Shown in pieces: positions 52,355-61,283 of a DNA stretch of 64,000 nucleotides. This DNA is from an uncultured bacterium (GTDB lineage: Bacteria; Chlamydiota; Chlamydiia; Chlamydiales; VFKH01): positions 836-64,835 of the forward strand of contig CAZQVA010000001.1 in the NCBI GenBank assembly GCA_964596685.1, read 5' to 3'. The stretch's first letter is position 1. Each line of letters starts with the position of its first letter. The notes under the pieces are model-generated. The model ran no database searches, was not told where the DNA came from, and saw only the letters and a program-made list of their open reading frames with translations. The position numbers and the translations under genes were made by a program.

Positions 52355-53423
52355 AAAAACCGTCCATTGCCAACGATTGCGCCCCTTCTGAATGAGGCCA
52401 TGATTGAAATTCTTGCTCCACCATTCTAACACCAAACTCTCTTTGAAAGAAAGCAGCTTGCATCTGGTTTTCCTCTTGAAAGAGACTACATGTTGCATAA
52501 ACAATAAAGCCTTGTCGTTTAAGATAAAGGAGAGCTTCTTGAAAAACAGCTCTTTGCTGAATGATTAGCCGGTTGAGCATCTCTTTTGACCATCTCCATT
52601 TTGCATCAGGACTGCGTCGCCATGTACCAGACCCAGTACAGGGTGCATCTACTAACACCCAATCCATAGAGTTATACCAGCTATTGTTTCGCCCAAAATG
52701 TGCATTAGTAATCCCAGCGCGCTGAAGGCGTTTTGCCGCTTCTTTAAGCACATACGGGCGTGAGTCGTGAAGAAATAAAGATCCTTGATTTTTCATACGC
52801 GCTCCCATAGCCAGGCTTTTACCTCCTGAGCCTGCACAATAATCCAATACGCGGTCAGTGGACTGAGGACGAACAAGTTCAGCGAGTAACTGGCTACCTT
52901 CGTCTTGAATTTCAAAAAGGCCCTCTTTGAATTCCTGCATTCCATGAAGGTTTCGACGCGCCATCACATGCAGAGCCGTTGGTGAATATTTTCCTGCCTG
53001 TACAGGAAAATGCGCACCTAATTGAGTCAATAGTTGATCGCGCGTAATCTTTAAAGTATTCGCACGCAAAGTTGTTGGTGCCCGCTCATACATCGCTAAA
53101 CAAAGACTTTGAAGTGCCTCATGTGGCATCCACTGCAATAGGTCAAAAGCTTCTTGCGGTAAACTTGCCTCAAAAGGAACCTGTTGCAGGTCAAGATTAT
53201 TCCAATTTTCCACAGCTGCTGCGGGCCCCTGATCTTTCAATAATCGTTTGTAACGCATGAGAGCATAGAGCGTATCACTAATCCATAAGCGGTCTTTCGA
53301 ACCGATGGCGTGGTGAGCGCGGAAATAATGCTGTATAAAAAGGTCAAGAGGATGCGCCTGCTGTTCAAAAGCCTCTAATATTTTGATTAAATGATAATGG
53401 CGGAATGATGAAGAAGGTGGCAC
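52329..53423 (-). CDS. RsmB/NOL1/NOP2/Sun-family RNA m5C methyltransferase
   Basis: 364 aa. SAM site LDYCAGSGGKSL, and the catalytic region VLVDAPCTGSGTWRRSPD...YATCSL. Confidence 0.9.
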   Translation of the reverse strand: MPPSSSFRHYHLIKILEAFEQQAHPLDLFIQHYFRAHHAIGSKDRLWISDTLYALMRYKRLLKDQGPAAAVENWNNLDLQQVPFEASLPQEAFDLLQWMPHEALQSLCLAMYERAPTTLRANTLKITRDQLLTQLGAHFPVQAGKYSPTALHVMARRNLHGMQEFKEGLFEIQDEGSQLLAELVRPQSTDRVLDYCAGSGGKSLAMGARMKNQGSLFLHDSRPYVLKEAAKRLQRAGITNAHFGRNNSWYNSMDWVLVDAPCTGSGTWRRSPDAKWRWSKEMLNRLIIQQRAVFQEALLYLKRQGFIVYATCSLFQEENQMQAAFFQREFGVRMVEQEFQSWPHSEGAQSLAMDGFYGVVFQKE

Positions 53424-53490
53424 AGCAATAATTATCGCATCTTTGCCAAGAAATCACAACAATTCTTGCACTCTTTAGTCTCTTACTGCA

Positions 53491-53496
53491 TATAAT
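53491..53496 (+). promoter_or_regulatory. TATAAT box 6 nt upstream of the dacA ATG (possible leaderless transcript)
   Basis: TATAATtggcccATG, with no Shine-Dalgarno sequence between them. The best -35 candidate, TTGCAC, has a long 19-nt spacer. Confidence 0.3.
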
Positions 53497-53502
53497 TGGC
53501 CC

Positions 53503-54282
53503 ATGTCTTGGATTTTATCAATTGTGGAAATTGCCATCATTGCCATGATGGTAAACTATTTGCTGGCGTTTTTCTGGAACACACGCGCTATGGATCTAAT
53601 TTTTGGATTCTTGGCGTTCCTGCTTATTTTTCTTTTTGCCAATTGGTTACATCTACCTGTCCTTCAAAAGATCATGTTAAACGTGGTCAATGTTCTCGTC
53701 TTAGCAATCTTTATTATTTTCCAACCTGAAATACGCATGGCTCTTTCTAAATTGAGCTTAAAGGGAAAAAAATATAGAGAGCTCAATGAATTAGACAGCT
53801 TTATTGAAATGCTATCGATTTCGACTTACCATTTTGCACAGAAACATATTGGCGCTCTCATTGCACTGGAAAATCAAGATAGCCTCGATGAATATGCAGG
53901 GCATGGTGTGAGCCTTAATGCTAATTTATCATGCGAACTTTTGGAATCCATTTTTGAGACAACAACTCCTTTGCACGATGGCGGAGTTATTATTCGCGGA
54001 ATGTCAATCGCGTATGCAGCTGCCATTTTCCCCCTTGCCGATGATAGCACTCAATTAACGCGCACAATGGGAACACGCCATCGAGCTGCACTGGGTTTAA
54101 GTCAAAAATGTGATGCTGTCATCATCGTCGTCTCTGAGGAAACTGGGCTCGTTTCAATCGCGCGGGAAGGCATTTTAACCAAAGGGATCAAACAGGATCG
54201 CTTTAAAGCTATCCTCAAAACCCTATTTATTGCAGACAAAGAATCCTCGTTTTTTAAGGTGCGTCAATGGGCACAAAAGTAG
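53503..54282 (+). CDS. dacA: diadenylate cyclase (c-di-AMP synthase, CdaA/DacA type)
   Basis: 259 aa. Three N-terminal TM helices, then a DAC domain: GALIALEN, PLHDGGVIIRG, GTRHRAALGLS, VIIVVSEETGLVS. Confidence 0.93.
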   Translation: MSWILSIVEIAIIAMMVNYLLAFFWNTRAMDLIFGFLAFLLIFLFANWLHLPVLQKIMLNVVNVLVLAIFIIFQPEIRMALSKLSLKGKKYRELNELDSFIEMLSISTYHFAQKHIGALIALENQDSLDEYAGHGVSLNANLSCELLESIFETTTPLHDGGVIIRGMSIAYAAAIFPLADDSTQLTRTMGTRHRAALGLSQKCDAVIIVVSEETGLVSIAREGILTKGIKQDRFKAILKTLFIADKESSFFKVRQWAQK

Positions 54283-55085
54283 CGCCACTGCCAGTGTGGC
54301 ATCGTTTATGGCATCTTATTATTGATAATTGGCAACGCAAGCTTGTTGCTCTCTTTTCAGCCACCATCATTTGGATGCTTGTCAATCACTCCTTAACTGT
54401 TGTGCGCACAATTGAAGGTATTCCTGTTAAAGTGATTAATTTGCCTAGTGACAAAACAATCGAGGGACTTCTTCCATCTGGTTTTTTGAATAAAAAGATG
54501 ACGCTCACTTTGGGGGGCGATAAAGAAGTCATTGATAATTTAGAACCCAGCGATCTTCTCATCATTGTCAATGCTCAAGATAAAGGAGACCAGTGGGTTG
54601 CACACGTTACCAAGAAGTCTCTTGTAAGTTTAAATCCTGAAATCGATCTTTCTCATTCTATTTCGGATGTAGCCCCTAACGAGCTGATTATTCAACTTAC
54701 CCCTCTTGTCACTTATAAAATTCCTATCTACCTTGTAACGCCGACGGGCAATCCACCCAACGGTTATCAGTTCATTGAAATAGCCCCTAAAACCCTATAC
54801 CAGACAATTTCTGGAGCTGAAAAACCTCTTAAAGCACTTCAAGCAAAGGGCATCAAACTCACCTTTGATTTGAACAAAGTGTCTCTAGAAGAACTAAACT
54901 CCCTACCTGCCGAAGATGACGCAGTAAAATTCTATATCCCTAAGAGCTGGAAATATGTCACGATTCCTTTCTTGAACAATGCTGTGCAAGAAATCAACGA
55001 CCCCCAGGCTGCACTTCTGCATATGATGTTTTTAAAACTTCCCGAACCTGATCAAGCTATGGCACATAGCCGGGTACTACAGTAA
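54267..55085 (+). CDS. YbbR-domain protein (CdaR-like regulator of DacA)
   Basis: 272 aa, overlapping dacA by 16 nt. It has an N-terminal TM helix and repeated beta-rich modules. The call rests mainly on the conserved dacA-ybbR pairing. Confidence 0.6.
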   Translation: MGTKVAPLPVWHRLWHLIIDNWQRKLVALFSATIIWMLVNHSLTVVRTIEGIPVKVINLPSDKTIEGLLPSGFLNKKMTLTLGGDKEVIDNLEPSDLLIIVNAQDKGDQWVAHVTKKSLVSLNPEIDLSHSISDVAPNELIIQLTPLVTYKIPIYLVTPTGNPPNGYQFIEIAPKTLYQTISGAEKPLKALQAKGIKLTFDLNKVSLEELNSLPAEDDAVKFYIPKSWKYVTIPFLNNAVQEINDPQAALLHMMFLKLPEPDQAMAHSRVLQ

Positions 55086-55152
55086 ACTTCCTTCGAAATT
55101 ACCTTTGTTGCTAAAATTGACCATCAAAGATCATTTCGAAAGAAGTCTAGTA

Positions 55153-55854
55153 ATGCCCGCCTACCGTTTTTTTACCTCAAGTCCTCTTCAACCAAAACAG
55201 CCCATTGCAATTGATGAAGAGGAATCTCATCATATCCGCGTCATGCGGCTAAAAGATGGTGATCCAGTCGAGGTCATCGACGGAATGGGCCGTTGTGCCT
55301 GCGGCCCCCTTCTAACAAAGGGTAAAAGGCACTTCCTATATGCAGAAGATGTTGTTTTCAATCCTCCTGCTCCCCCATTTACCATCTATCAGGCCATCTG
55401 TCAAATGCATCACCTAGAATGGGTAGCTGAAAAAGGGGTTGAACTAGGGATGACTCAATTATTAATTTTTGCCGCAGAGCACAGTCCAAAAACACTGCTT
55501 GCTCCTTCGCAACTTAAACGCCTTAAAACACTCTCAATTGCGGCTCTCAAACAATCAGGTCATCTTTATTTACCCTGCATTGAAATGATTTCTCCCCTCC
55601 TTGAATGGAAAAATCTACCTCCGCATCTTTTTTTTGGCGATTTTGATGCATCCTATGCAGCTATTTCTGCTTGGAAAGAATGTGCTGGATTTATTACAGG
55701 CCCAGAAAGGGGTTTGACGAATGAAGAAAGAGTCCATCTGCGACATCTCCATGCACAGGGCGTATGCCTTCACCGCAATACCCTGCGCACAGAGACAGCA
55801 AGCATTTGCGCATTAACGTATCATTTTTTTGCGCGTGAGCACAGCGCCCCATAA
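55153..55854 (+). CDS. rsmE: 16S rRNA (uracil1498-N3)-methyltransferase
   Basis: MPAYRFFTSSPL...EEESHHIRVMRLKDGDPVEVIDGMG and C-terminal ITGPERGLTNEE...LRTETA. I prefer ATG 55153 to the track start 55105. Confidence 0.9.
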   Translation: MPAYRFFTSSPLQPKQPIAIDEEESHHIRVMRLKDGDPVEVIDGMGRCACGPLLTKGKRHFLYAEDVVFNPPAPPFTIYQAICQMHHLEWVAEKGVELGMTQLLIFAAEHSPKTLLAPSQLKRLKTLSIAALKQSGHLYLPCIEMISPLLEWKNLPPHLFFGDFDASYAAISAWKECAGFITGPERGLTNEERVHLRHLHAQGVCLHRNTLRTETASICALTYHFFAREHSAP

Positions 55855-56142
55855 GGCAATAGCTAGGGCAGAAAACGCCAAAAATCCAGCAGGCATCCAG
55901 TGGCCTGTTTTCCAGACGCGAAAAAGAAAAAATGCGCCCAAAAGGATCATCAAGTAGGTCGCAGCTAAAGCAGCTCCCTTGCGTTGCATCAACACAAGAA
56001 CTCCACTGATAACCACAAGAAGAGCAGATAAAGAGGCAGCAATCAATGATACGGTGCTATGCGCAACCAGATAGCCTAAAAGACCTCCTGAAAGCAATAA
56101 GATGCTAAAGGCAAAGAGCACAAGAGCAAAAGGTTTATACAT
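55813..56142 (-). CDS. small four-helix membrane protein (TMEM14/UPF0136-like)
   Basis: 109 aa with four hydrophobic helices. GGLLGYLVAHSTVSLIAAS resembles the TMEM14 motif. Confidence 0.55.
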   Translation of the reverse strand: MYKPFALVLFAFSILLLSGGLLGYLVAHSTVSLIAASLSALLVVISGVLVLMQRKGAALAATYLMILLGAFFLFRVWKTGHWMPAGFLAFSALAIALWGAVLTRKKMIR

Positions 56143-56174
56143 TTAATAACTCTCCAAAAAAAAGGTTCACGAAA

Positions 56175-56201
56175 GTATACCCATACTACCTGAAGAAATG
56201 G
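56175..56201 (-). repeat. repeat family 2 fragment
   Basis: GTATACCCATACTACCTGAAGAAATGG versus GTATACCCATCCAACCTAAAGAATTGG at 18422-18448, with 4 mismatches in 27. Confidence 0.45.
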
Positions 56202-56223
56202 TATATCATGCACTTTTTTTACT

Positions 56224-56252
56224 TTGTGCTTTACTAAAAATGATGCTATATT
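56224..56252 (+). promoter_or_regulatory. candidate promoter of the secretin gene
   Basis: TTGTGC (56224-56229), a 17-nt spacer, then TATATT (56247-56252), 55 nt upstream of ATG 56308. Confidence 0.4.
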
Positions 56253-56307
56253 GGAAAAATAGTTCACAAGGCCCACTTGAAGGCCCTAAGCTAAAAGGCA
56301 CGACTGG

Positions 56308-58677
56308 ATGAAATCTCCCATCCCCTACATTGTTCTGTATTGCGTGTTACCCCTGGCGCTACTTGCTCAAAACACTTCAACAGCACCAACCTCTCAAAAT
56401 TTACCTGCACAGGCAGCTCCTTCAACACAAATGAGTAGTGTTGAACAGAATAAAGGGTATTTGATCAATTTCACCAATGTAAGCCTACTTGAATACATTC
56501 GTTTTGTCGGAAGAATTTCCAATCAAAACTTTCTCTTTCAGGAAGCTGAACTGATCCCCTACAACGTCACTATTGTCTCAGAGGAACCTACCTCTTTAGA
56601 AGACATTATGGCGACCCTTTTGCAAGTCCTAAGAATGTATGGTTTTACATTAGTCGAGCAAGGCAATGAGGTCTTAATTACCCGCAATCCTGATGTGAAT
56701 CGCATAGGACAGATCGTCACCAACCAAAATCCAGGGGGACAGGGCCCCATTATCACGCGCGTAATTGCTTTAACCTATATCTCTCCTGAAAAAGCAAAAT
56801 CCCTTATTCAGCCTCTACTATCTAGTCAAGCCCTTGTACAAGCTGTTCCTGAAACGAATCACCTTATTCTTACTGATTTAAATGCAAACGTTGAAAAGGT
56901 TCAAACATTGCTCAAGAGCATTGATTCGCCTAATTCTTCTATTGAAATTGCTTACTTTATTCCCCAAAACACTGCTTCCAGTGCTATACAGCCCATTGCA
57001 CAAAATATTCTTGCCCCAATTGCTGCAGACACCAATACAAAGTTTACCATTGTAGAACAACCGGCAACTAATACCATTTTCATCATCTCTTCTGCAGACC
57101 TTATCCATAGAGCACTTGAACTACTGCAAACTTTAGATCGCCCTGGATATGGTCTAGATGCGGCCGGAGGCTCTGTTGCTGTTGTTACTTACAATGCGCG
57201 CTATGCCTCGCCAACAGCCTTGATACCACTTGCAGAGCGTATTCTTTCTCCAATTGCCGCTTCAGAAAATGTCCCTTTCACGATGGTGCAACAAGCCTCT
57301 ACCCGTTTAATCTTTATCACCTCCACTCCAAGCTTTAATAAGCGCGCGCTGGAAGTGCTTAATGTATTAGACCAACCAGAAGTCATTGCAGACACGGCAT
57401 TTGGGCATGATTTACCCTCTTCCTCCATGGAAAATACCAATTTTTACGTCTATAAATTACAGTACCAAAACGGCCGAGATATCAAAGAGCAGTTACATTC
57501 CATTGGATCTAATGGTTCAGGGGATAGTGGAGGAATCGCTCAAGTCGTATTTAATGCGGATCTGCTGGCGACTGTTCAAAATGCTGTTTGGATACAATCC
57601 ACAAACTCACTTCTCTTTTTTGGACCTGAAACAGCCCTCGCAAAAATACGCGCCTTGATGCCTCAAATTGACATCATGTGCCGCCAGGTATACATCGAAG
57701 TATTGGTGATAGAAACCTCCTTAGCCAACTCCCTCGATTTCGGCGTGCAATGGGGCTTTCAAGCAACTAGCAGCAATGGTTTTAATGTCAGTACGGGGCT
57801 TTTTGCCCCTCCAACACTCGTGCCCAACGGCACGGCGGTTCTCAATACGTTCCTTCCTCAATTCCAAACACCTCCCACAGTAGGAACTACAACTTCTCCC
57901 GACCTTCCCATGGGGGCTGGATTTAACTTGGGAAGTGTAGGCAAATTTATTACTCACGGTGGGCGCCTATTTGGATCTATTGGAGCCTTACTGACCGCTC
58001 TACAAGCAGAAGTAAACACTAAAGTGATCATGAATCCCAAGATCATTGCTCAAGATAACTCAACGGCAAAGGTGTTCATCGGTCAAAATATCCCCTACAC
58101 GACAACAAACGTTTCGATTCAGGCAGCCAATACAAGTACTGGTTTTACGCTAGATTATCGCGATGTCGGCGTCTCTTTACAGGTCACACCAACATTGGGC
58201 ATGAGCGATATGGTCAACCTGCAACTCGAACAGCTCATCACATTCGTCAGTAGCACACAAACAATCAACGGATACCCTGTTCCGACAACAGCAAAATTGG
58301 AAACTACGACACAGGTTAACGTACCCGATGGCTACTTTCTCGTTATCAGCGGGATGATTCGCAACGAAAGAATTTATGCCAAAAGCGGCATTCCTTGTCT
58401 CGGGTGGATGCCATGCATTGGTGCCGCCTTTAGCGAACAAGTCAACCATAATACGAAAACAAATACGATTATCTTCCTCCATCCCCGCCTGATCGATACA
58501 CCTTCTCGCATGAGCTGCATTACTGATCAGGAAGGCACTGAGTTCAACTGGAATTCGCGACCCGAAACCTGCTGGCCCTATCATCCGCCTAATAATCCTT
58601 ACTTTAAGGATTTTAGTCCTGTATGCCCAAATGGAGGACCCCAAGGATGTGAACCTCCATGCTATACCTTCCATTAA
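56308..58677 (+). CDS. secretin-family outer-membrane channel (GspD-like; T2SS versus T3SS type unresolved)
   Basis: 789 aa. It has a signal peptide, an N0-like domain (YLINFTNVSLLEYIRFVGRISNQNFLF), about four secretin_N-type modules and a C-terminal secretin core (VIMNPKIIAQDNSTAKVFIGQNIPY...GIPCLGWMPCIGAAF). The tail is Cys/Pro-rich. Confidence 0.9.
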   Translation: MKSPIPYIVLYCVLPLALLAQNTSTAPTSQNLPAQAAPSTQMSSVEQNKGYLINFTNVSLLEYIRFVGRISNQNFLFQEAELIPYNVTIVSEEPTSLEDIMATLLQVLRMYGFTLVEQGNEVLITRNPDVNRIGQIVTNQNPGGQGPIITRVIALTYISPEKAKSLIQPLLSSQALVQAVPETNHLILTDLNANVEKVQTLLKSIDSPNSSIEIAYFIPQNTASSAIQPIAQNILAPIAADTNTKFTIVEQPATNTIFIISSADLIHRALELLQTLDRPGYGLDAAGGSVAVVTYNARYASPTALIPLAERILSPIAASENVPFTMVQQASTRLIFITSTPSFNKRALEVLNVLDQPEVIADTAFGHDLPSSSMENTNFYVYKLQYQNGRDIKEQLHSIGSNGSGDSGGIAQVVFNADLLATVQNAVWIQSTNSLLFFGPETALAKIRALMPQIDIMCRQVYIEVLVIETSLANSLDFGVQWGFQATSSNGFNVSTGLFAPPTLVPNGTAVLNTFLPQFQTPPTVGTTTSPDLPMGAGFNLGSVGKFITHGGRLFGSIGALLTALQAEVNTKVIMNPKIIAQDNSTAKVFIGQNIPYTTTNVSIQAANTSTGFTLDYRDVGVSLQVTPTLGMSDMVNLQLEQLITFVSSTQTINGYPVPTTAKLETTTQVNVPDGYFLVISGMIRNERIYAKSGIPCLGWMPCIGAAFSEQVNHNTKTNTIIFLHPRLIDTPSRMSCITDQEGTEFNWNSRPETCWPYHPPNNPYFKDFSPVCPNGGPQGCEPPCYTFH

Positions 58678-58693
58678 ACTTCTTACGCCGTTA

Positions 58694-58762
58694 TTTTTTG
58701 CTGGCTCGATCGCGGGAGCTTTTTCTTCGGCCTAAAACCAATTCTTCAGGTGAAATGGGTAT
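58694..58762 (+). repeat. repeat family 2 half copy
   Basis: TTTTTTGCTGGCTCGATCGCGGGAGCTTTTTCTTCGGCCTAAAACCAATTCTTCAGGTGAAATGGGTATA matches the reverse complement of 18422-18490 with about 8 differences. It contains ATG 58755. Confidence 0.7.
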
Positions 58763-59744
58763 AACATCGAAGTGGGGTTTAGAAAACAACCTATTGAAAA
58801 AGTCTCTGCACTTTTTTGTAATCGCCACTCTATTACTTGCTTTTTGTAATAGCTGCACTCCCGGCCCAGCTATCTGTCGCAAACCACACCTTAATCCTGA
58901 GTGCTATCAAGGCCCGATGCCATTTTCTCGCTCCCCTTTTCCTCCGTTTTCTCCTGAAGAGCGCAAAGAGGAATGGGCCAAGGAACTCATTATCGGAGAG
59001 CATTTTGCGGCATCTTGCGACTATTACAGGGCATTAACTGCATTTAAACGCGCCTTAATCCTTATGCCTTGTGACTCTTCGCGCCGTTTACAAGCCGAAT
59101 ATGAGGAAATTTTATGCTACTATTTGGCAGAGAAGTACGCCGATGTCATCGATACATTTAATAAAAGTCATCTCAGTAGTGTAACTATGGAATTTTGCGC
59201 CTTTCGGGACATGCTGATTCTTTTATTTGAAAGTTCTTTACGCCTCAATGACAAGATGACTAGTTGCGCAATCCGTCAATTCATTGCTGAGAAAGATCCT
59301 AAGCTTGCCGAAAAATTAGGTATTGCAGAAAAGATTATTGTAGGGGATTTACAGGAGGCAAGCCACATGCCAGGTGCCCCACCTTACTTTGCGTGTTTGG
59401 CTGAAGAGTTTCAAAAAAAACACAAGTCGATCCAGACCGCCCAAACTCTTAGTATGGTACTTCCCGGCGCAGGATTTTGGTATGCTGGTCAACCCAACGC
59501 TGCTATCACGGCATTTATCCTAAATGGCTTATTTATCGCCGCAGCTTATCAGTGTTTTAATAGGGGATACACAGCAGCAGGAGTAATCTTAACGAGTTTA
59601 GAAATTGGCTGGTATACTGGAGGGATTCATGGAGCTGGTCAAGCAGCTTCGGATTACAATCAAGCACTATATCAGAAATATGCTGGGAAAGCGATGCAGC
59701 AAGGATGTATGTACCCGTTATTCCTCATGCATTACACTTTTTAA
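58755..59744 (+). CDS. TPR-like membrane/lipoprotein with two C-terminal TM helices
   Basis: I prefer ATG 58755 (MGITSKW...) because the track N-terminus (58659-58754) is the translated repeat. It has a signal/anchor segment HFFVIATLLLAFCNSC, TPR-like helices (EHFAASCDYYRALTAFKRALILMP) and C-terminal helices (LPGAGFWYAGQPNAAITAFILNGLFIAAAY). Confidence 0.65.
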   Translation: MGITSKWGLENNLLKKSLHFFVIATLLLAFCNSCTPGPAICRKPHLNPECYQGPMPFSRSPFPPFSPEERKEEWAKELIIGEHFAASCDYYRALTAFKRALILMPCDSSRRLQAEYEEILCYYLAEKYADVIDTFNKSHLSSVTMEFCAFRDMLILLFESSLRLNDKMTSCAIRQFIAEKDPKLAEKLGIAEKIIVGDLQEASHMPGAPPYFACLAEEFQKKHKSIQTAQTLSMVLPGAGFWYAGQPNAAITAFILNGLFIAAAYQCFNRGYTAAGVILTSLEIGWYTGGIHGAGQAASDYNQALYQKYAGKAMQQGCMYPLFLMHYTF

Positions 59745-59761
59745 TGAAATGAGAATGCCTT

Positions 59762-59796
59762 AAAAAGGTGAGTCCGATTTAAAACCGAACTCACAC
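59762..59796. terminator. hairpin between convergent genes (family-4 mini hairpin), T-run on the yajC strand
   Basis: AAAAA-GGTGAGTCCG-ATTTAAAA-CCGAACTCAC. On the minus strand the stem is followed by TTTTT. Confidence 0.45.
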
Positions 59797-59810
59797 ACAA
59801 TGAAAGAGCT

Positions 59811-60239
59811 TTACTCTTTGGATGTTGGTAGCGTTTGAATCTTATCGCTGCCGTCTTCCTTTTCCGCCTTTTTTCTCTCTTCATCTGTAGCTGGATGCAC
59901 TTCACTAATTGCCGCTTTTAACACTTCAATCTTAGAGCCATCATACATCTTTAAAATAACAGTAGGAGAGTCAGCTGAAACACGCACAATCGTTCCTACA
60001 ATGCCCATAGCAGTCACGCGATCGCCTTTGGACATTTGACTGCGCATCGATTCCATTGTTTTTCTGCGCTTTTGTTCGGGGCGCCAGAAAATAAAATAGA
60101 AAAAAAGAATTGCAATGACAATCATCATTACTGTCTGCCAGTAGTTACCCTGTTCAGCAACAACTACTTGCTCTTCTTCCTGAGCCCACAATGCGGCTGT
60201 AGAAAGAAAGGTCATCGCTAGCAAATGCCATTTTTTCAT
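59811..60239 (-). CDS. yajC: preprotein translocase subunit YajC
   Basis: 142 aa: FYFIFWRPEQKRRKTMESMRSQMSKGDRVTAMGIVGTIV, preceded by a signal-like segment. Confidence 0.9.
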   Translation of the reverse strand: MKKWHLLAMTFLSTAALWAQEEEQVVVAEQGNYWQTVMMIVIAILFFYFIFWRPEQKRRKTMESMRSQMSKGDRVTAMGIVGTIVRVSADSPTVILKMYDGSKIEVLKAAISEVHPATDEERKKAEKEDGSDKIQTLPTSKE

Positions 60240-60284
60240 TATTTTTACCTCAATTTAATAATCATGTAGTTTTATAAAAGGCTC

Positions 60285-61283
60285 TTACACTTCATTCCAG
60301 TGCAGGGGAATTATTTTTGCAATATCACGCATACCCTGCTGCAACATAAACACTCGATCAACACCTACAGCAACCCCACAACAATCAGGGATTCCTTTTT
60401 CTAATGCAACAAGAAAATAATTATCGATAGGAAGCGGTTGTTTGCCCATTTTCTGTCGCTCAAGATTCGTCTCTATAAAGCGCTCGTGTAATTCGAGGGA
60501 GCTTCCTGATTCATGGTATCCATTAGCCAACTCCACACCCTTATAAAAAACTTCAAAACGTTCAGCAATAGCGAACTCCTCTTCAAGAGCTATTTTAGCT
60601 AAAGCAGCTTGAGATGCTGGAAAATGGGTAAGTACAACACATTCTATTTTTTCAAGAGCTGGCTGCACGACAAGGGCCAAAATTAAATTCAATAACGCAT
60701 CGCGCCCTTCATGCACAATCGTTGGATACGCTATAATCCCTTTCTTCTGAATCAGGGCGAGCAAGTCTCCATCTGATGCATGTGCAATATCAATGCCTGC
60801 ATAGGTGTGGAATGCCTCGCGATAGGTCATTTGCGTAACAGTAATATTCCCTAAAAAATAACGAATGAACTGGACAGTTTCATCGATCATTTCTTTAAAA
60901 GAAAAGCCAATGCGATACCATTCCGCCATTGTAAATTCAGGTTGATGCACAAAGGAACTTTCCTCATCGCGGAAAACATGCCCTAAAAAATATATATCGC
61001 CAACGCCCTCACTTAAAAGACGCTTCATGGCATATTCTGGAGAAGTGTGAAGAAAGGCAGTCTTCCCCATGCATCGAACTGTAATTGGGTCGATGTGCAA
61101 ATCAACAGGGGCACCTCGACTCAATGCTAGAGGGTCGACTTCAAAAATACCCCGTTGTTCAAAAAATGCGCGTGCCTTTCTTAAGAGATGCGCGCGCTGT
61201 ACGATCAGATCTCGCTTATTTATTGACGCGTCCAACATATTCATTCGTGCGTGTATCAAATCGCACAATTTCCTTTTCATCAA
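60285..61283 (-). CDS. epmA: EF-P lysine-34 lysyltransferase (PoxA/GenX)
   Basis: By eye it aligns along its full length to E. coli EpmA (SPEYAMKRLL, FRDEES, PEFTMAEWY, FPASQAALA, AERFEVFYKGVELANGYHE, CCGVAVGVDR). The real start is probably ATG 61238 or 61244. It overlaps the efp 3' end. Confidence 0.9.
   Translation of the reverse strand: MMKRKLCDLIHARMNMLDASINKRDLIVQRAHLLRKARAFFEQRGIFEVDPLALSRGAPVDLHIDPITVRCMGKTAFLHTSPEYAMKRLLSEGVGDIYFLGHVFRDEESSFVHQPEFTMAEWYRIGFSFKEMIDETVQFIRYFLGNITVTQMTYREAFHTYAGIDIAHASDGDLLALIQKKGIIAYPTIVHEGRDALLNLILALVVQPALEKIECVVLTHFPASQAALAKIALEEEFAIAERFEVFYKGVELANGYHESGSSLELHERFIETNLERQKMGKQPLPIDNYFLVALEKGIPDCCGVAVGVDRVFMLQQGMRDIAKIIPLHWNEV

Noticed and set aside
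56308-58677. Calling the secretin SctC (T3SS) because sctS/sctT are 4 kb away
   Set aside because: The number of secretin_N modules fits GspD better, and the intervening genes (yajC, epmA, efp, OMP) are unrelated. The type is left unresolved.
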